64,000 nucleotides of DNA from an uncultured Nitrososphaeraceae archaeon. GTDB taxonomy: Archaea; Thermoproteota; Nitrososphaeria; Nitrososphaerales; Nitrososphaeraceae. The stretch lies in contig CAVZZA010000004.1 in assembly GCA_963779615.1 (NCBI GenBank), positions 256,001 through 320,000 of the forward strand, given 5' to 3'. The notes below the pieces were generated by a model. It saw nothing but the letters and a program-made list of their open reading frames with translations. It was not told where the DNA came from and made no database searches. The position numbers were made by a program, and so were the translations under genes. This document shows positions 43,431 through 56,525 of the stretch, one piece after another (position 1 is the stretch's first letter; each line of letters opens with the position of its first letter).

Positions 43431-44312
43431 ATGGAACTTAATGCAGCAGTTATTGTGAAACTCGAGCCTGATTTTTCTGAAGGAAACGTAAGTTATAATT
43501 CAGATGGAACACTAAACAGGGCCGAAACAAAAAATATTTTGGGGCCCCATAGCGCGGCAGCATCCCTGGCAGCCCTGTATTCCAAAGTAAAGCATGGAAC
43601 GCATGTTTCTGTGGGTACAATGGGCCCTCCAATTGCAGAATCGGCTTTACAGCAGTCTCAACTGATTTGCGACGCTGATGAACTGCATCTTTATAGTGAC
43701 CGAATTTTTGCAGGTGCTGACACTCTGGCTACGGCTGAGGTTTTGAGGGCAGGAATAAAGAAAATGGCAAATGGTAAAGGTATAGACATTGTTTTCTCGG
43801 GGCACAGGGCCTCAGATGGCGAGACAGGGCAAACAGGACCTCAAACAGCATGGAAACTAGGTTATCCGTTCCTTGGAAATGTTATTGATTATGACATCGA
43901 TGTTGTAAATAGAATCGTTAGGGCACAACGCCTAATCAAAATTTATGGTCATCATGATATAATGGAGGAGATGGAGGCGCCTTTGCCCGTTTTTATCACA
44001 TTGGACCCGTCCTATAATCCATTTTTTAATACAGTATCCCAAAGGCTAAGACTGGCGCGAAATCAGCAGGAAGCCCAAGACAGATCATACAGGTATAAAG
44101 AATACCTTAAAACTTTCAATGCTGAAGCCCTGGAGGTAAGTCCCAAGTCTGTTGGACTACCCGGCTCGCCGACCATAGTTTATAAAGTCGAAAAGATTCC
44201 AAGGGCAAAGGCAAATAGAAAAGCGGATGTTATTGATGGGTCTAGCCAGGAGGGCTTGAGGCAAGTTGCTGGTCGAATCCATAATGTTTTAGGGGGTATA
44301 ATAATAAAGTGA
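43431..44312 (+). CDS. fixA: Electron transfer flavoprotein beta subunit (FixA)
   Basis: DRIFAGADTLATA, DGETGQTGPQ and GLPGSPT. Confidence 0.9.
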   Translation: MELNAAVIVKLEPDFSEGNVSYNSDGTLNRAETKNILGPHSAAASLAALYSKVKHGTHVSVGTMGPPIAESALQQSQLICDADELHLYSDRIFAGADTLATAEVLRAGIKKMANGKGIDIVFSGHRASDGETGQTGPQTAWKLGYPFLGNVIDYDIDVVNRIVRAQRLIKIYGHHDIMEEMEAPLPVFITLDPSYNPFFNTVSQRLRLARNQQEAQDRSYRYKEYLKTFNAEALEVSPKSVGLPGSPTIVYKVEKIPRAKANRKADVIDGSSQEGLRQVAGRIHNVLGGIIIK

Positions 44313-45607
44313 CATCATTGCTATCTTCCGCATCCAGCACAAAAATAGGCGGAAAGCCACAACAAGAGGTAGTAATTGATGACAAGATAGAAAAAGAGGA
44401 GACGCAACAAGAAAGAGAGGAAAACAACAGGCATCTGTATGTTGTAATGGAACAAGAGGAAGGCACCATATTGCCTGTGAGTTTTGAAATGCTTGGGGAA
44501 GCAAGAAGGCTAATGGATGACTTTAATCGGAAATACAAGCCAGAGGAAAAAGTGGTTGCAATTTTACTTGGCCATAACATTAAGCACTTGAGTCAGGAGT
44601 TAATCTCCCATGGTGCAGACGCGGTAATTTGTGCCGACCACCCGGAGCTCCGCTATTCCAGAAACCTTCTGTATACAAAAGTTGTTTGCCAAATTGCCAC
44701 GGATAAAGAGTGTGCCACTAAAGTTTCATCATCAAATCCTAATTTCAACAGGCCCCGCTACATGTTTTTTTCTGCTGACGACACGGGAAGGCATCTGTCA
44801 TCAACGGTAATGGCAGAATTACAATCAGGGCTGGCATCAGATATAAACAAACTAGTAATCAATGATTTAGAAATAAGGCATGAACACAAGACAAAGGGTA
44901 AACCCATTGTCTATGAAAAGACACTTGAAATGTACAGGCCAGATTTTTCAGGCTTTCTTTGGACCACAATACTTTGTTTGGACAACCTCAATCCAGAAAA
45001 CAAAAAGAAATTTCATCCACAGGCATGCAGCATAATCCCAGGCGTCTTTCCTCAAATGGAAGGTGATGCAAATAGAAAGGGAACAACAATAGAGTTTAGC
45101 CCAGCCATAGAACAGGAAGATCTTAGAGTAAAAATAACTAATAGAAGAGTAATCAAAAGCAAAGTTGATTTTAGCAATAAAAAAATTATAGTTAGTTTTG
45201 GAAGGGGGATAAAGGAGGCGCCAGAACAAAACATAAAACTGATAGAGGCTTTTGCAAAAGAAATAGAAGCAGAAATAGGCATATCATTGCCCATATCAAA
45301 AAAACCCTATCCAATAAACGAAAGTCTGTCGTCAACCTATATGATTCCAGACAGGGTTATCGGTACGAGCGGAAGAAAGGTAAATCCTTTGATATATTTC
45401 GCAGTGGGAATAAGCGGGGCCGTTCAACACATTGCCGGGATGAAAGAATCAGAATTTGTAATCGCTATCAATCAGGATAGTGAGGCCCCAATAATAGATG
45501 AATCGGATGTCCTAATCAAAGGAAAAATTGAGCAGGTGCTGCCCCTATTGATAAACGAGTTAAAAAAATACAAAGAGAGACTGCAAATACCACAGGAGAT
45601 AGAATGA
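44309..45607 (+). CDS. fixB: Electron transfer flavoprotein alpha subunit (FixB)
   Basis: FEMLGEAR, SFGRG and IGTSGRKVNP..YFAVGISGAVQHIAGM. Confidence 0.9.
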   Translation: MTSLLSSASSTKIGGKPQQEVVIDDKIEKEETQQEREENNRHLYVVMEQEEGTILPVSFEMLGEARRLMDDFNRKYKPEEKVVAILLGHNIKHLSQELISHGADAVICADHPELRYSRNLLYTKVVCQIATDKECATKVSSSNPNFNRPRYMFFSADDTGRHLSSTVMAELQSGLASDINKLVINDLEIRHEHKTKGKPIVYEKTLEMYRPDFSGFLWTTILCLDNLNPENKKKFHPQACSIIPGVFPQMEGDANRKGTTIEFSPAIEQEDLRVKITNRRVIKSKVDFSNKKIIVSFGRGIKEAPEQNIKLIEAFAKEIEAEIGISLPISKKPYPINESLSSTYMIPDRVIGTSGRKVNPLIYFAVGISGAVQHIAGMKESEFVIAINQDSEAPIIDESDVLIKGKIEQVLPLLINELKKYKERLQIPQEIE

Positions 45608-47482
45608 CAATGGAAAATTTTGACGTAGCGATAATTGGTGGCGGGTCTGCGGGGCTTGCCGCACTTAAACATCTCTCCAATCTGGGAAAGCAAGCAATCC
45701 TTATTGAAGGCAGGAAAAAAAATAGGGACAAAAAACGTCTCTGGCGGCATACTTTATTCTAAAAAAACAGAAACAGGAAAGGTGCACAATGTGGAAGACG
45801 TGTTCGATGGTTTTTTGGCAGACGCCCCGTTGGAAAGGAAGATAACAAAATACATGCTTCATGCGGTATCAAAAGAAAAAGCGTTTTCCATGGACCTGAC
45901 TTTGGCACACAACTACCAATCAAATTTTGGGTACACAGTTCTGCTCAACAAACTGCTTTCATGGTTTGCAAAGGAGGCGTCTCAAAGTGCAGAAAAACTG
46001 GGCGGAGGCATAGTTTCAGGTGTCCATCTAAGGTCAATAATCTGGAAAGACGACAGTACTATAATCATAGAAACAGATGAACTCGAACCGTTTCAGGTAA
46101 AGGCAGTTATTGCCGCTGATGGAGTGAACTCCGAAGTGGCCCAAATAACAGGTGCCAGAAGCAAATTCACACCATCTGACCTTTATCAGGGAGTGAAGGT
46201 GGTGGCAAAATTGCCTGAAGGGTTACTTGAGGAAAGGTTTGAGATATCAGAAAGCGAGGGAGCAGCTCACCTTTTTTCAGGCGACATAACACTAAACCAC
46301 ATTGGGGGAGGGTTTCTTTACACCAACAGAGACACAATTTCAATCGGCGCAGTCTATCATTACGATTCCCTGATTGAAAAGCCTACGGAGCCAAATGCAC
46401 TGGTTAATGCGTTACTGTCAAATCCATTTGTGATGGAATTGATAAAGGACGAGGTTCCAAAGATCAAAGAGAATTACAGGGGCCTTTCAAAGGATGAGGA
46501 GCTAAGAATCCGATTCAAATCAAATAAATTGATAAAAAGCTGGAAAGAGCTACATCACCTGTATTATTCACCATCTGCAGTTGAGGAGCTTGTATCGCAG
46601 GGAAAATACAAATCAAGGGAGGAGATCAAGGGCAAAATTGACTCAATATACAATGAGCTGGTCTCAAAATACAGCACAGAATTTGAAACAAACTACGTGG
46701 AGTTAGAGTACAGCGCCAAACTGGTTCCAGACGGGAAAAGGTGTAGGATGAAAAAACCATATTTTAAAAACATTTTATTTATCGGTGACGCTGCGGGTAG
46801 GGGCATTTTCCTGGGTCCCCGCATAGAGGGCCTTAACGTTGGCATTGACGACGCGGTCAGAGCCGCAGAGGCTGTTTCAAGGGCTATAGATCAGAATAGC
46901 TTTCAGTCTGACAGTATTGGCGAACACTATAGAAAATCTGTTGAGGAAAGTCCCTATACCACAGACATGAGCAAGATTGACGCAAACTACCTCAAAGCCG
47001 TTCTTGACTGCACAAAACAAGTTCCCAAAAACATTCTTGGGCACAAGTATGGATCTATTGTTAAATTGATGTCAAACAACACCTTCAGGAACATATCCAT
47101 AGGGATTGCAAACTCCATAGGGTATAGAAGGCTTTTGCCCATTATTGAATCAGATAAAACCTATAATCAGATTCCTGTCGAGATTGCGGAGAGAAACGGC
47201 AAAAATCTGCAGAAAAGCTATTCCATTGACATTCCCACCATTGCCGAGCGCATTGCAAATTTAAACTATAACGACGATTCACTGTCACACATTAAAGTTC
47301 TGAACTCGCAGAGCGACTTTATGAAAAAAATGGTCCACCTGTGTCCTACCAAATGCTATAGCGTTGAGAATGAGCGGATAATGCTCCAGCACGAGGGATG
47401 CATAGAGTGCGGAACATGTGCAAAAGAGACAGACTGGAAGCATCCTCGCGGAGAAAAAGGAATAATCTATAATTATGGGTAA
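45604..47482 (+). CDS. fixC: FixC-like FAD oxidoreductase fused to a FixX-like ferredoxin; one frameshift near 45705
   Basis: MTMENFDVAIIGGGSAGLAA lies in a different frame from KNVSGGILY, AADGVNS and IGDAAG; the C-terminus has CPTKCY...GCIECGTC...WKHPRGEKG. Confidence 0.88.
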
Positions 47483-47486
47483 AATC

Positions 47487-47527
47487 ATAATCAGAATCCA
47501 CTAACATTATAATCAGAATCCACTAAC
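47487..47527. repeat. Short tandem duplication
   Basis: ATAATCAGAATCCACTAAC occurs twice just after the fixC stop. Confidence 0.8.
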
Positions 47528-47613
47528 TTTCCCTTCAGGCAAAAAAGGGCAGGACCGCACGTGCAATAAAAAAACAATGAGGGGGTTTTCAATTGTAATT
47601 CTTGTGGCGCGTT

Positions 47614-47832
47614 TTACATCTTTTCCCTATTCCCACCACTTTTATTCTTTTTGATGCACTCTATTTCTTCAATTAGTTCATCAACATACTCCCTAATTTT
47701 ATCTTGGCTCCCCAACAATCCCCCCGCGTCCGCGTGACAGGTTAAAGAATCTGTTCGCTCTCGAGCCACTGTTTGCATTTTTTCGTCAAGATCCTCAATC
47801 AACTGAGTAATTGACTGAATAGTTATCTCCAT
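47614..47832 (-). CDS. Small hypothetical protein
   Basis: 72 aa helical ORF. Confidence 0.5.
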   Translation of the reverse strand: MEITIQSITQLIEDLDEKMQTVARERTDSLTCHADAGGLLGSQDKIREYVDELIEEIECIKKNKSGGNREKM

Positions 47833-48149
47833 TCCATTAGTAAAGCCGCCAACAATTATAAAGCTTACGCAGTGTATTGATGCGTACTACAGTCTATATT
47901 GTTATATACCGCCTTGGAAAAAAAACGCCAAATTAAGAAGAAATGAAAATATGAAGCATAGCAATGGGTAGTGAAACTGCTTTACATCAATGCGTCAAAT
48001 TTTGGCAACGCCATCCCAGAGCATGGAGATTATGCCTTGCCATTCAGTTTTTTTCCCGGGTTTTGCTTCCTGTCGCAGTGAGTGGGAGTTGTTAATGTTG
48101 TTGTCAACCCGTCATTATTCTTATTCATCGTTTTTTTTTGGCAGCCCTA

Positions 48150-50265
48150 TTACTGATGTAATTGGCCAGACAGGGAGACGGGTATGCTGAATTTGAATGT
48201 GGCGCCTATTTTTTTGCCATCGCCAAGGTGACGCAGCATACCGCCAATACCACCATCCTTGTTCTGTTGCTGTTGTTGATGTGTTGTTGTTGTTGTCATG
48301 ATCATCCGTCTCCTCAAACCATATCCTTCCGCCATGCCCCTCAACAATTTTCTTTGACAGGTACAAGCCAAGGCCAGTGCCCTGGTTTGATCTTGTGACA
48401 AATTTCTCAAACAGCTGGTCTTTTATTTTGGAGTTTATCCCCACCCCGGTGTCCTGCACTGTGACTAACACCGCGTCTTTTTTCTGCCCATCAACATGGC
48501 TATCGCCATCCTCACCACCTCCATCACGGTGATTGCCACTTACTCCATCCTCACTACCTCTATTGGTGGTAGCAGCGTTTGGGATATCCTTGCCCCAAGA
48601 AGGAGAAAAAGGAGAAGTAGGCTCACCAGTTATTGCCGTGGAAACAACAATCTTGCCGTCTGAGGTAAACTTCATAGCGTTGTCCAGCAGGTTGAAAACC
48701 ACCTGGCTTATTTTTTGCGAGTCGCAGTCAACGTACAAAAGGTGATTCGGGCCATTTTTTATGGGTTGCTCGTGCGGTTCTGCTGCTCTTTTTGCGCTTG
48801 TTTCGTATCCGCTGCTTTTGTTTCTGCCTCTGCCTCTGCACCGCTATCTCTGCTGCCGCCGCTGTTCCTGTGGTCATCAAACGGCAAAAACAGTATCGAC
48901 ACCCTGTTTGCCTTCTCCTTGTACGCGTATTTTTTTTCAACGTCCTCTATCACCTGGGAAACCAGGTTGTGGAAATCCACGTTTTTTTGGATGTCAAGGC
49001 TGAAGCTCCCGCTTTCGATTCTGCTTACCTGCAAAATGCTTTCGGCCAGGTTCTGCAACCGGGACGCGTTTCTTGTTATCATGTCAAGCTCCCGCTTAAA
49101 CTCTATTTTCCTTTCACCAAGCTTCTCCTCCAGTATCTCCACACCGTTTAGGATGGGCATGATTGGTGTGCGCAACTCGTGCGCAGCCACGTTTATGAAA
49201 TCGCTCTTGATTTTGTCGTTTTGGTCAAGCTGCTGGAACAGGACACTCTGGTCATAAAGAACCTCAAAAATGGACGAGTACGACAAAACCGTGGGTTCGC
49301 TGTTGGAGTAGATTGAAAAGCCAATTGCGGCGGTTGCCACCTCCTCCCTTGTGTGTATCAGCTCCATCACCAGTGACTCCTTTCTGTCCACAACCAGGGT
49401 TTTTACCTTGATGCCAATGCTTGGTGCAATGTCCTGGATTTGGATGTTGTGCCTGTACTTTGTCAGCAGTTTCAGGGACGGCGACTCCCTTATCGAGTTG
49501 TCTATCGGCGTGAGGATGTTGATTTTCAGGCCATCGTTGTGCTCCACCATTTCCTGCAAAAGCTGGAGGGTGCCGCCTTTTTCCTGCAGGTGAAACGCGT
49601 TTACCGTGGAGTACATTATCTGTATTTCCCTTTTGGCCCTTCTTATCATCTCAAACTCCTTTTGGACTGCGTCCTTGAAATCCGAGAAAACTATTGAGAC
49701 GGGCACGGCAATCCCATCCTCTATCTCCTTTATTCGGTGCTCCGCAGGGCATTGCCCTGCTCCAAAAGCTGTCAAACACAAACTGCTGCTGCTCAACAAC
49801 TTCAGGCAGGTTGCTGAACAGAAGCTGGGGTATTGGCTGTGCCGCATGCAAAGTGGCGACAGCGACATATTCCCTCTGGTCTGCAACCTCAAAGTTTCCC
49901 TTCAGACCATCCAAATGCCGAATCTCCGAAAACGTGAGCATCTGCTTGACATAGTCGACATTGTCCTTTGTGATGTCGATTACATAGCGGAGCTTGAGGC
50001 CCCTGTTTTTGACCGCGTCAACCCTTCTCTCCCTTATGGCGTCAACCTCAATCATTACGGATGGGGCCACAGAGTTTAGGCAGGAGTCTATTTTCACTTT
50101 GGCCCCGTCTATGAACCTTAAGATTGCGTTGTCTGCATTTTCAGGGCCATAATACACCTTTGTGGTGGGTATGCTGCCATCGTCATCATTGTCTTTGTCA
50201 TTGTCACCGTAAAAACCACTTCGTTTGATAAGCCGGAGTTTACACCAGGGATTGTATTTTGACAT
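48150..50265 (-). CDS. Sensor histidine kinase with repeated cytoplasmic input domains, frameshifted
   Basis: FINVAAHELRTP (H box), NLLDNAMKF, VQDTGVGI and GTGLGLYLSKKIVEGHGG; N-terminal EIRHLDGLKGNFEV. Confidence 0.88.
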
Positions 50266-51245
50266 CCATCATTATCTGGGTCAATATTATTGAAATTATT
50301 AGTATCAGGTATGATAGGGAAACCTTCCAACCGTTATCACGATATACATGTTTTATTCACTGTATTTATGGATCTTAAAACTTTATAATACTGATATATA
50401 ATGGCTGGACATTAATTCTCGTAATAATCCTTAAAAGTACACAAATTTTTGAATAATAAAAAAAACACAATTTTCTAAATACCAAAGATCTCCGAGATCA
50501 ATTGATATGATATGATTATGGTACCAATATCTAAAAAAGGCTTTTGTACTGTGATATGAATCTTGATTGCCAATTAAAGAATGAAATGGTTAAACATAAA
50601 CTAAACAGCATGGGTTCCACACTTTGTCATTATTTTGCAAGATATTACTTCGCTTTTATTTTTGTCAGGAATTAAAATTGCAATTTTTTTATTGCCAATT
50701 TTACCAAAGTATATGATAAGCATCCAGATTTGCCTTCATACGGTGGTAGTGGTAGTGGAACTGGTTTCCTCCATTAAGATTATTGGTTTATAAGGATCAG
50801 GACAAGGATAAGGATAGGATGCATACTTTGCCTCTTTTTGAGGAAAAGCGTCATTAAAGTAAAACCCCGAATCCTGTATTAATCAAGGATATGATTGAGG
50901 ATTGTTTTGATAATAATCCCCAATTTATAAAAAAAATGAAAGTTAAAGCATATTCAGCAATGATTCACCCTATTGCATGCCATTACACGAAAAAGTATCC
51001 TAACTTTACAAAAGCCTTCAAATAAATTGTTACTATATACTGTAACAATATGCTATAAACCCGGAGTTTTAAACTTTTTACAAGCAATCATCTTTCTACA
51101 AATATTCACAGCAGTAAAATGCTCCCTATCGTTTGGTTTTTTACATGTTATGCCAATTAGCATAAGTATGCTAAACAATTTGTCATGGCAATCGTCATAA
51201 AAACACAAAAGCTATCTGCAACCTTCATTTATATATCTTTTATCA

Positions 51246-52272
51246 ATGTCATTACCGTTGACCAACAAAGCCAACTTGGTTGATTCTTACAAAAAGGAAA
51301 TAATCCAAAAGTTAAGGAAAGACTACTGCTGCTAGTTATCAGGGCAAGAGAAGATGTGCAAGTTCGCTTTCGTGTTGTAAAGGAGATGCATAGAGGCAAC
51401 CCTTGGGCTTCAGACTGGCTAAAAAGATACGATAAGGAAGGCCTGGAGGGACTGAAGGATAGGCCAAAAATTGGCAGATCACCGGAACTGCCTGAAGAGA
51501 TTAGTTACCGGATTAAGAAAGAGATATCTGGCTCCAAGCATGGCTGGACCACAAAAAGGTAGATGAGCTGATTGTAAAGAAGAGCGGCATAAAATATCAT
51601 CACACCCAACATGCTGCATCCTCCGCAAGCGGGGCTTCAAGCAGGAGGTGCCAAGAAAGGTACATGTTAACACAGCAACCAGGGAAGAAAAAGATGATTT
51701 CAAAAAAAGATCATCCAGATACCTTTAGATAGGCAGCAACTAAAAGAAGAGAAAGAAGGCTTTCCCTAAGTATCACTAGCATGAACCCTTTTTCTTTTGT
51801 GATTCCCTGGTATGAAGGGTTGGGATTGGCAAAGAGAAAAGACCCGTAGTCAGGGTAAAAGGCTCACAAGCATTTATGCCTGTTTAGTGCAACGAATACA
51901 GACGGCAAAAAACAACTGTTCAGGCAGTACGAGAGATTCAACGGTTATATATTCTTGAAGTTCCTAAAGACAATTCATTCCAGGTTCCCAAAATGCTATC
52001 TTTATATAGACAAGGCATCACCACACCACAGGTCAAGGAAGGTAAAAAAATATTTTGAGTAAAACAAGAATAGTCTTGATGCCTGTATACCTTCCAACAG
52101 CATCACCAGAGTTTATGGTGATGGGGGAGGCATGAAACATAGACAAGAGAGATCTGCTATTACTAAAATACTATCCAACCTTTTCAAATTTTAAAAACAG
52201 GATGTCTTGGTATTTCAGGACAAAAAGATTCAATCCTGAAATGATAAACTATTTACCAAAAGACGGATTTTA
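51246..52272 (+). mobile_element. IS630-family transposase, degenerate
   Basis: WLKRYDKEGLEGLKDRPKIGRSP HTH, LFIDKASPHH and YLPTASPEF; several stops and frameshifts; termini not resolved. Confidence 0.8.
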
Positions 52273-52698
52273 GAGAACCTATGTAAATTGGTAGAGAGTT
52301 AATTTCAGATATTGACGGAATTCTAATTTTGATATCAAATAACAGAACATGTTATTTGCAAAATTAAAAGACAATGATATATGAAAAGGGGTGATTTTAA
52401 ACAAACTACAAATTCACTCCAAAGTTATCAGCATACAAACAATAACAATGGATGGTTCTGCAGTAAAATTTTTTTTTACCATTTTTTTTGAAAATATAAA
52501 TTTCTAAAAGATCTGTTAATCACAGAAAATTATTGGCACAGTAATTAATCATGCTAGATATCCAATTGCATCACCAGGTGAAAACGTAATAGTAACCACA
52601 GCATGCTTTTAAGTTAAATACTGCATTACCATGTTTCAAAATCTCAACATTAAAAATTCAAGTATCAAAATAAAATGGGTTTGGAATTGTATGGATTA

Positions 52699-55345
52699 TT
52701 ATACAGGTGGTTGGATTTCCCTTACACTGAATTTTTTAATATCCACATCATCTGCATTATCCCACCTAAAGGTAGCAATGGGGCCTCCCCAGGTTATAAT
52801 CTGGTCTGGATCACCACCGCAATCTTCACCATCACTTCCAAAGCCACCTGAGTCGGTGAATGTGTATACCTTTTGCCAGTTGTTCTTTAGAGTTGGGCTG
52901 TCTGGGTTTCTGTCCACCCATATTTCAGTGGTTACTACAGTTTCGCCACTCGGAACCTGATGGTTATAAATCATGGCTTTAAACCCAACAAATTTATCTA
53001 TGCTTGAAGCGGAAGGTGAGGGTGTGGTAGTGCTTGCAAACACATAGGAGACGTGCCATTGTTCTTTTGCTATTCTTACTCTTCCGTTGTAGAACAAGTC
53101 TGCTTTGTATGCTGTGCCTTCGCACCCTTCATCATAATGCCTTCCACCCCTTGCATACCAAGTCCAGCTATCACTAGAGTCACCATCATTGAACTTTACA
53201 ACACCTGTCATCTCCACATTCTTCCAGTCATTTGCAGATTGCATGTATCCCTTTGTTGCAGGTCTTGTTGATTGTAAGTGGTTATCAGGTTTGGACGGTA
53301 CAATGAGGAGGTAAAGACGTTGTATCTCACCGCATCGTCTTGAACATTCCAACTGCCATCTGGGTTTTGGTTTAAGTCAGTATTGGGGTCTGTTCGTGGA
53401 TCATTGTTAGGGTTTGCACTCATAAACCATTTTTCGCCACCAGCCTTATCATGGATAAATCTGTGTTATCCCAAACTGGTCAAGTGTTTCCGCCTCCAGA
53501 GGAGCAACGGTAAACGACCATGTTCTGGCTGTGGCCAAGTTGTTGCCAGCCACATCCGTCTGCGGCTGTGGATATTGTTGCGGTGTATGTGGCACCAGCT
53601 GTTAAATTTGTGTATGGGTTCAGTGTTGCAGTTGTATTGCCAGAATCATGGTCACGGTTGCAGGTATATTTGCGCCACCACTTGTTTGCACCAGTGTGAA
53701 AGAAGAGGTGGTAATGCTAGAGGGGTTCATTGCCTCACTGAATGTGGCTACAACGTTGGAGGAAGCAGAAACTCCTGTGGCTCCGGTGGTTGGAATGGTT
53801 GACACTACCGTTGGAGGCTGGTATCGGAAGGTGCTACCAGCAACAGTAAACGACCATGTCCTAGCTGTGGCCAAGTGGTTGCCCGCCACATCCGTTACGG
53901 CTGTTGATATTGTTGCGGTGTATGTGGTACCAGCTGTTAAATTTGTGTATGGGTTCAGGGTGGCAGTTGTATGCCAGAATATGGTACGGTTGCAGGTACA
54001 TTTGCGCCACCACTTGTTGGTACCAGTGTGAAAGAAGAGGCGGTAATGCTAGAGGGGTTCATTGCCTCACTGAATGTGGCTACAACGTTGGAGGAAGCAG
54101 AAACACCTGTGGCTCCGTAGGCTGGAGTGGTTGACAGCTACCGTTGGGGGCGTGGTATCGGCAGTACCAGCAACGGTAAACGACCATATTCTTGTCGGCA
54201 ACCAAGTGGTTGCCGGCCACATCCGTTACGGCTGTTGATATTGTTGCGGTGTATTTGGTACCAGCTGCTAAATTTGCGGAGGGGTTTAGTGTGGCAGTAT
54301 GTGCCAGAATATGGTACGACTGCAGGTATATTTGCGCCACCACTTGTTGGCGTAGTGTGAAAGAAGAGGTGGTAATGCTAGAGGGGTTCATTGCCTCACT
54401 GAATGTTGCCACAACGTTGGAGGAAGCAGAAACACCTGTGGCTCCGGAGGCTGGGGTGGTTGACACCACCGTTGGTGGCGTGGTATCGGTGGTACCAGCA
54501 ACAGTAAACGACCATGTCTTGTCTGTAGCCAAGTGGTTGCCAGCCACATCCGTTACGCTGTTGATATTGTTGCGGTGTATGTGGTACCAGCTGCTAAATT
54601 TGTGGTGGGGTTTAGTGTGGCAGTTGTATTGCCTGAATATGGTACGACTGCAGGTATATTTGCGCCACCACTTGTTGGTTGTAGTGTGAAAGAAGAGGTG
54701 GTAATGCTAGAGGGGTTCATTGCCTCACTGAATGTTGCCACAACGTTGGAGGAAGCAGAAACACCTGTGGCTCCGTAGGCTGGGGTGGTTGACACTACCG
54801 TTGGGGGCGTGGTATCAGCGCCAGCAATTCCGCGAATCCTAATTTCATTTATGCTGGCCCAGTCATTATCGGTATTACCATTAACAGTTACCCTTACGTA
54901 TCGAGCGTTGGTATCTGTAACATCATAGCCCTGAAAACTATTTGAACGTGCGCTATTTCCAGAGGGGAATACAGTGGTAAAGGAACCGGTAGCCCCAGTA
55001 GCAGAGGTAGAGATAACAAAGTGATTGCTGCGTTCGTTTCCCTTGTACCACGCGATATCTATGGAAGTAACAGTTTTTAGCGGTCCAGATCCAAGGTCTG
55101 CGCTGAATAAATGAACCAACACCTTCGTCAGACCACCTTGTGGCCAGGTTGTTGTCAAAAGCATTTGAAGGAACGTTACCATCATTTCCACTTGCGGTTA
55201 CAGAAATAACAGGCAAGATCGGGTTAGATGTTTGTCCATAGGCAACAGGATTTGGTGTACATTATGTTAGAGGAGAAAAGAGATACTATGATTAGAAACA
55301 TATAAGAGACCGTAGAAAGTATCTTTTTCTTTTTAACAACGGCAT
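52699..55345 (-). CDS. Large secreted protein: discoidin (F5/8C) domain, about three Big_5-type Ig repeats and a C-terminal glycan-active-like domain; frameshifted
   Basis: VTASGNDGNVPSNAFDNNLATRWS, ARYVRVTVNGN..WASINEI and repeated DTTPPTVVSTTP..GATGV...VVATFSEAMNPSSI; the C-terminus has WKNVEMTG..RGGRH..CEGTAY. Confidence 0.8.
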
Positions 55346-55798
55346 TATGAGCATAATGACAATAATCCATTAATACAGTAGTTACAGGTAATTTCATTTA
55401 AAACAAAGAAGAATTCAAAGTATTTATAAGGAACATTACTTCTTTATAGGAATTATATATATGTAATTTAACAGTAACTAAGCAATCCTGTTTTTTATCT
55501 AAAGATACTTATTATAAAACATCCAGATGTTAATTGATTAGTTTCATCTGTTTAACAATATAACTATTTGTATTGATTAATGCAATTTATTGTTTTTGAT
55601 TGTTCTCAGATTTGAAAACAACTTTCCGAAAATTTTCAGGAAAAAATATGAAGATAAAATATCAAATAGGGTAATTGAACATACACCTCGCATTATGTAA
55701 TAAAGAACATTCCCTCTGTTTGGCGCTAAAATCAATTTTAGCAGATTAACAAATTAGATTTAAATAACAAAGAAAAATAACGAGGCGGTTAAGAAAAC

Positions 55799-56525
55799 CT
55801 ATAGAGAAATGCGCATCATGGCAACGCCACCATTATTGTTTGGAACGGCTTCCCCAATACTGCCCCCACCATCGTCATTTGCAGAAGAAGCGGACCTGAG
55901 TGAACTGGATGCCTCCTGAGCTTCAGCAGGCTTCAAGACACTTTGCTGACAGGATTGTTTGTTGCCATAGTTATCGGTGTCCTGAATCACCTTAATGCAC
56001 CCGGTGTACGTGTCACCTATATTCAAAAGGCCTTTGTCTACGTGCATTGGAACAAAGATAAGCCCCCTATCGTCATCCTCGGGGTTGAGCAATGGTATCG
56101 GGTTAAAGGTTTTTGATATTTCATGGCCATTGTTTGTTGTGACCCATACCTTGACCTTTACGGTTGAGTGGTCTATTCCGTCTATTTTCATTATAATATC
56201 TGTGGAATTTCCTGATACCTCTGCTTGATCCTCATTGAGTGGGGTACTGCTCTGATCGTTGGGCCCAATCACTCTGTTGTCTTCTCCTGAAGCGGATATG
56301 GTCCTCATTAACCTGTGTGCAGTGCTCTGATCAGTTATGCCCAATCACTGTGTTATCCTGGTCGCCATTTGCCATGTTTATGGGGCCTTTTTCTTGCCCT
56401 GTCTCTCCAATATCAAAGGAGGTAACTGCATTTGCAGAGGGTAAAGTCATTACTGAAAACATGGAGATTAAGGTTAATAACAATAGTGTAAATGTAGCAT
56501 ATGATTTTACTGTTTTTTTTAACAA
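55799..56525 (-). CDS. Hypothetical secreted protein, frameshifted near 56335
   Basis: The signal-peptide ORF 56331-56525 continues into 55799-56344. Confidence 0.6.

Noticed and set aside
51150-52295. Terminal inverted repeats of the IS630 element
   Set aside because: Only weak similarity between the candidate ends; they could not be defined.
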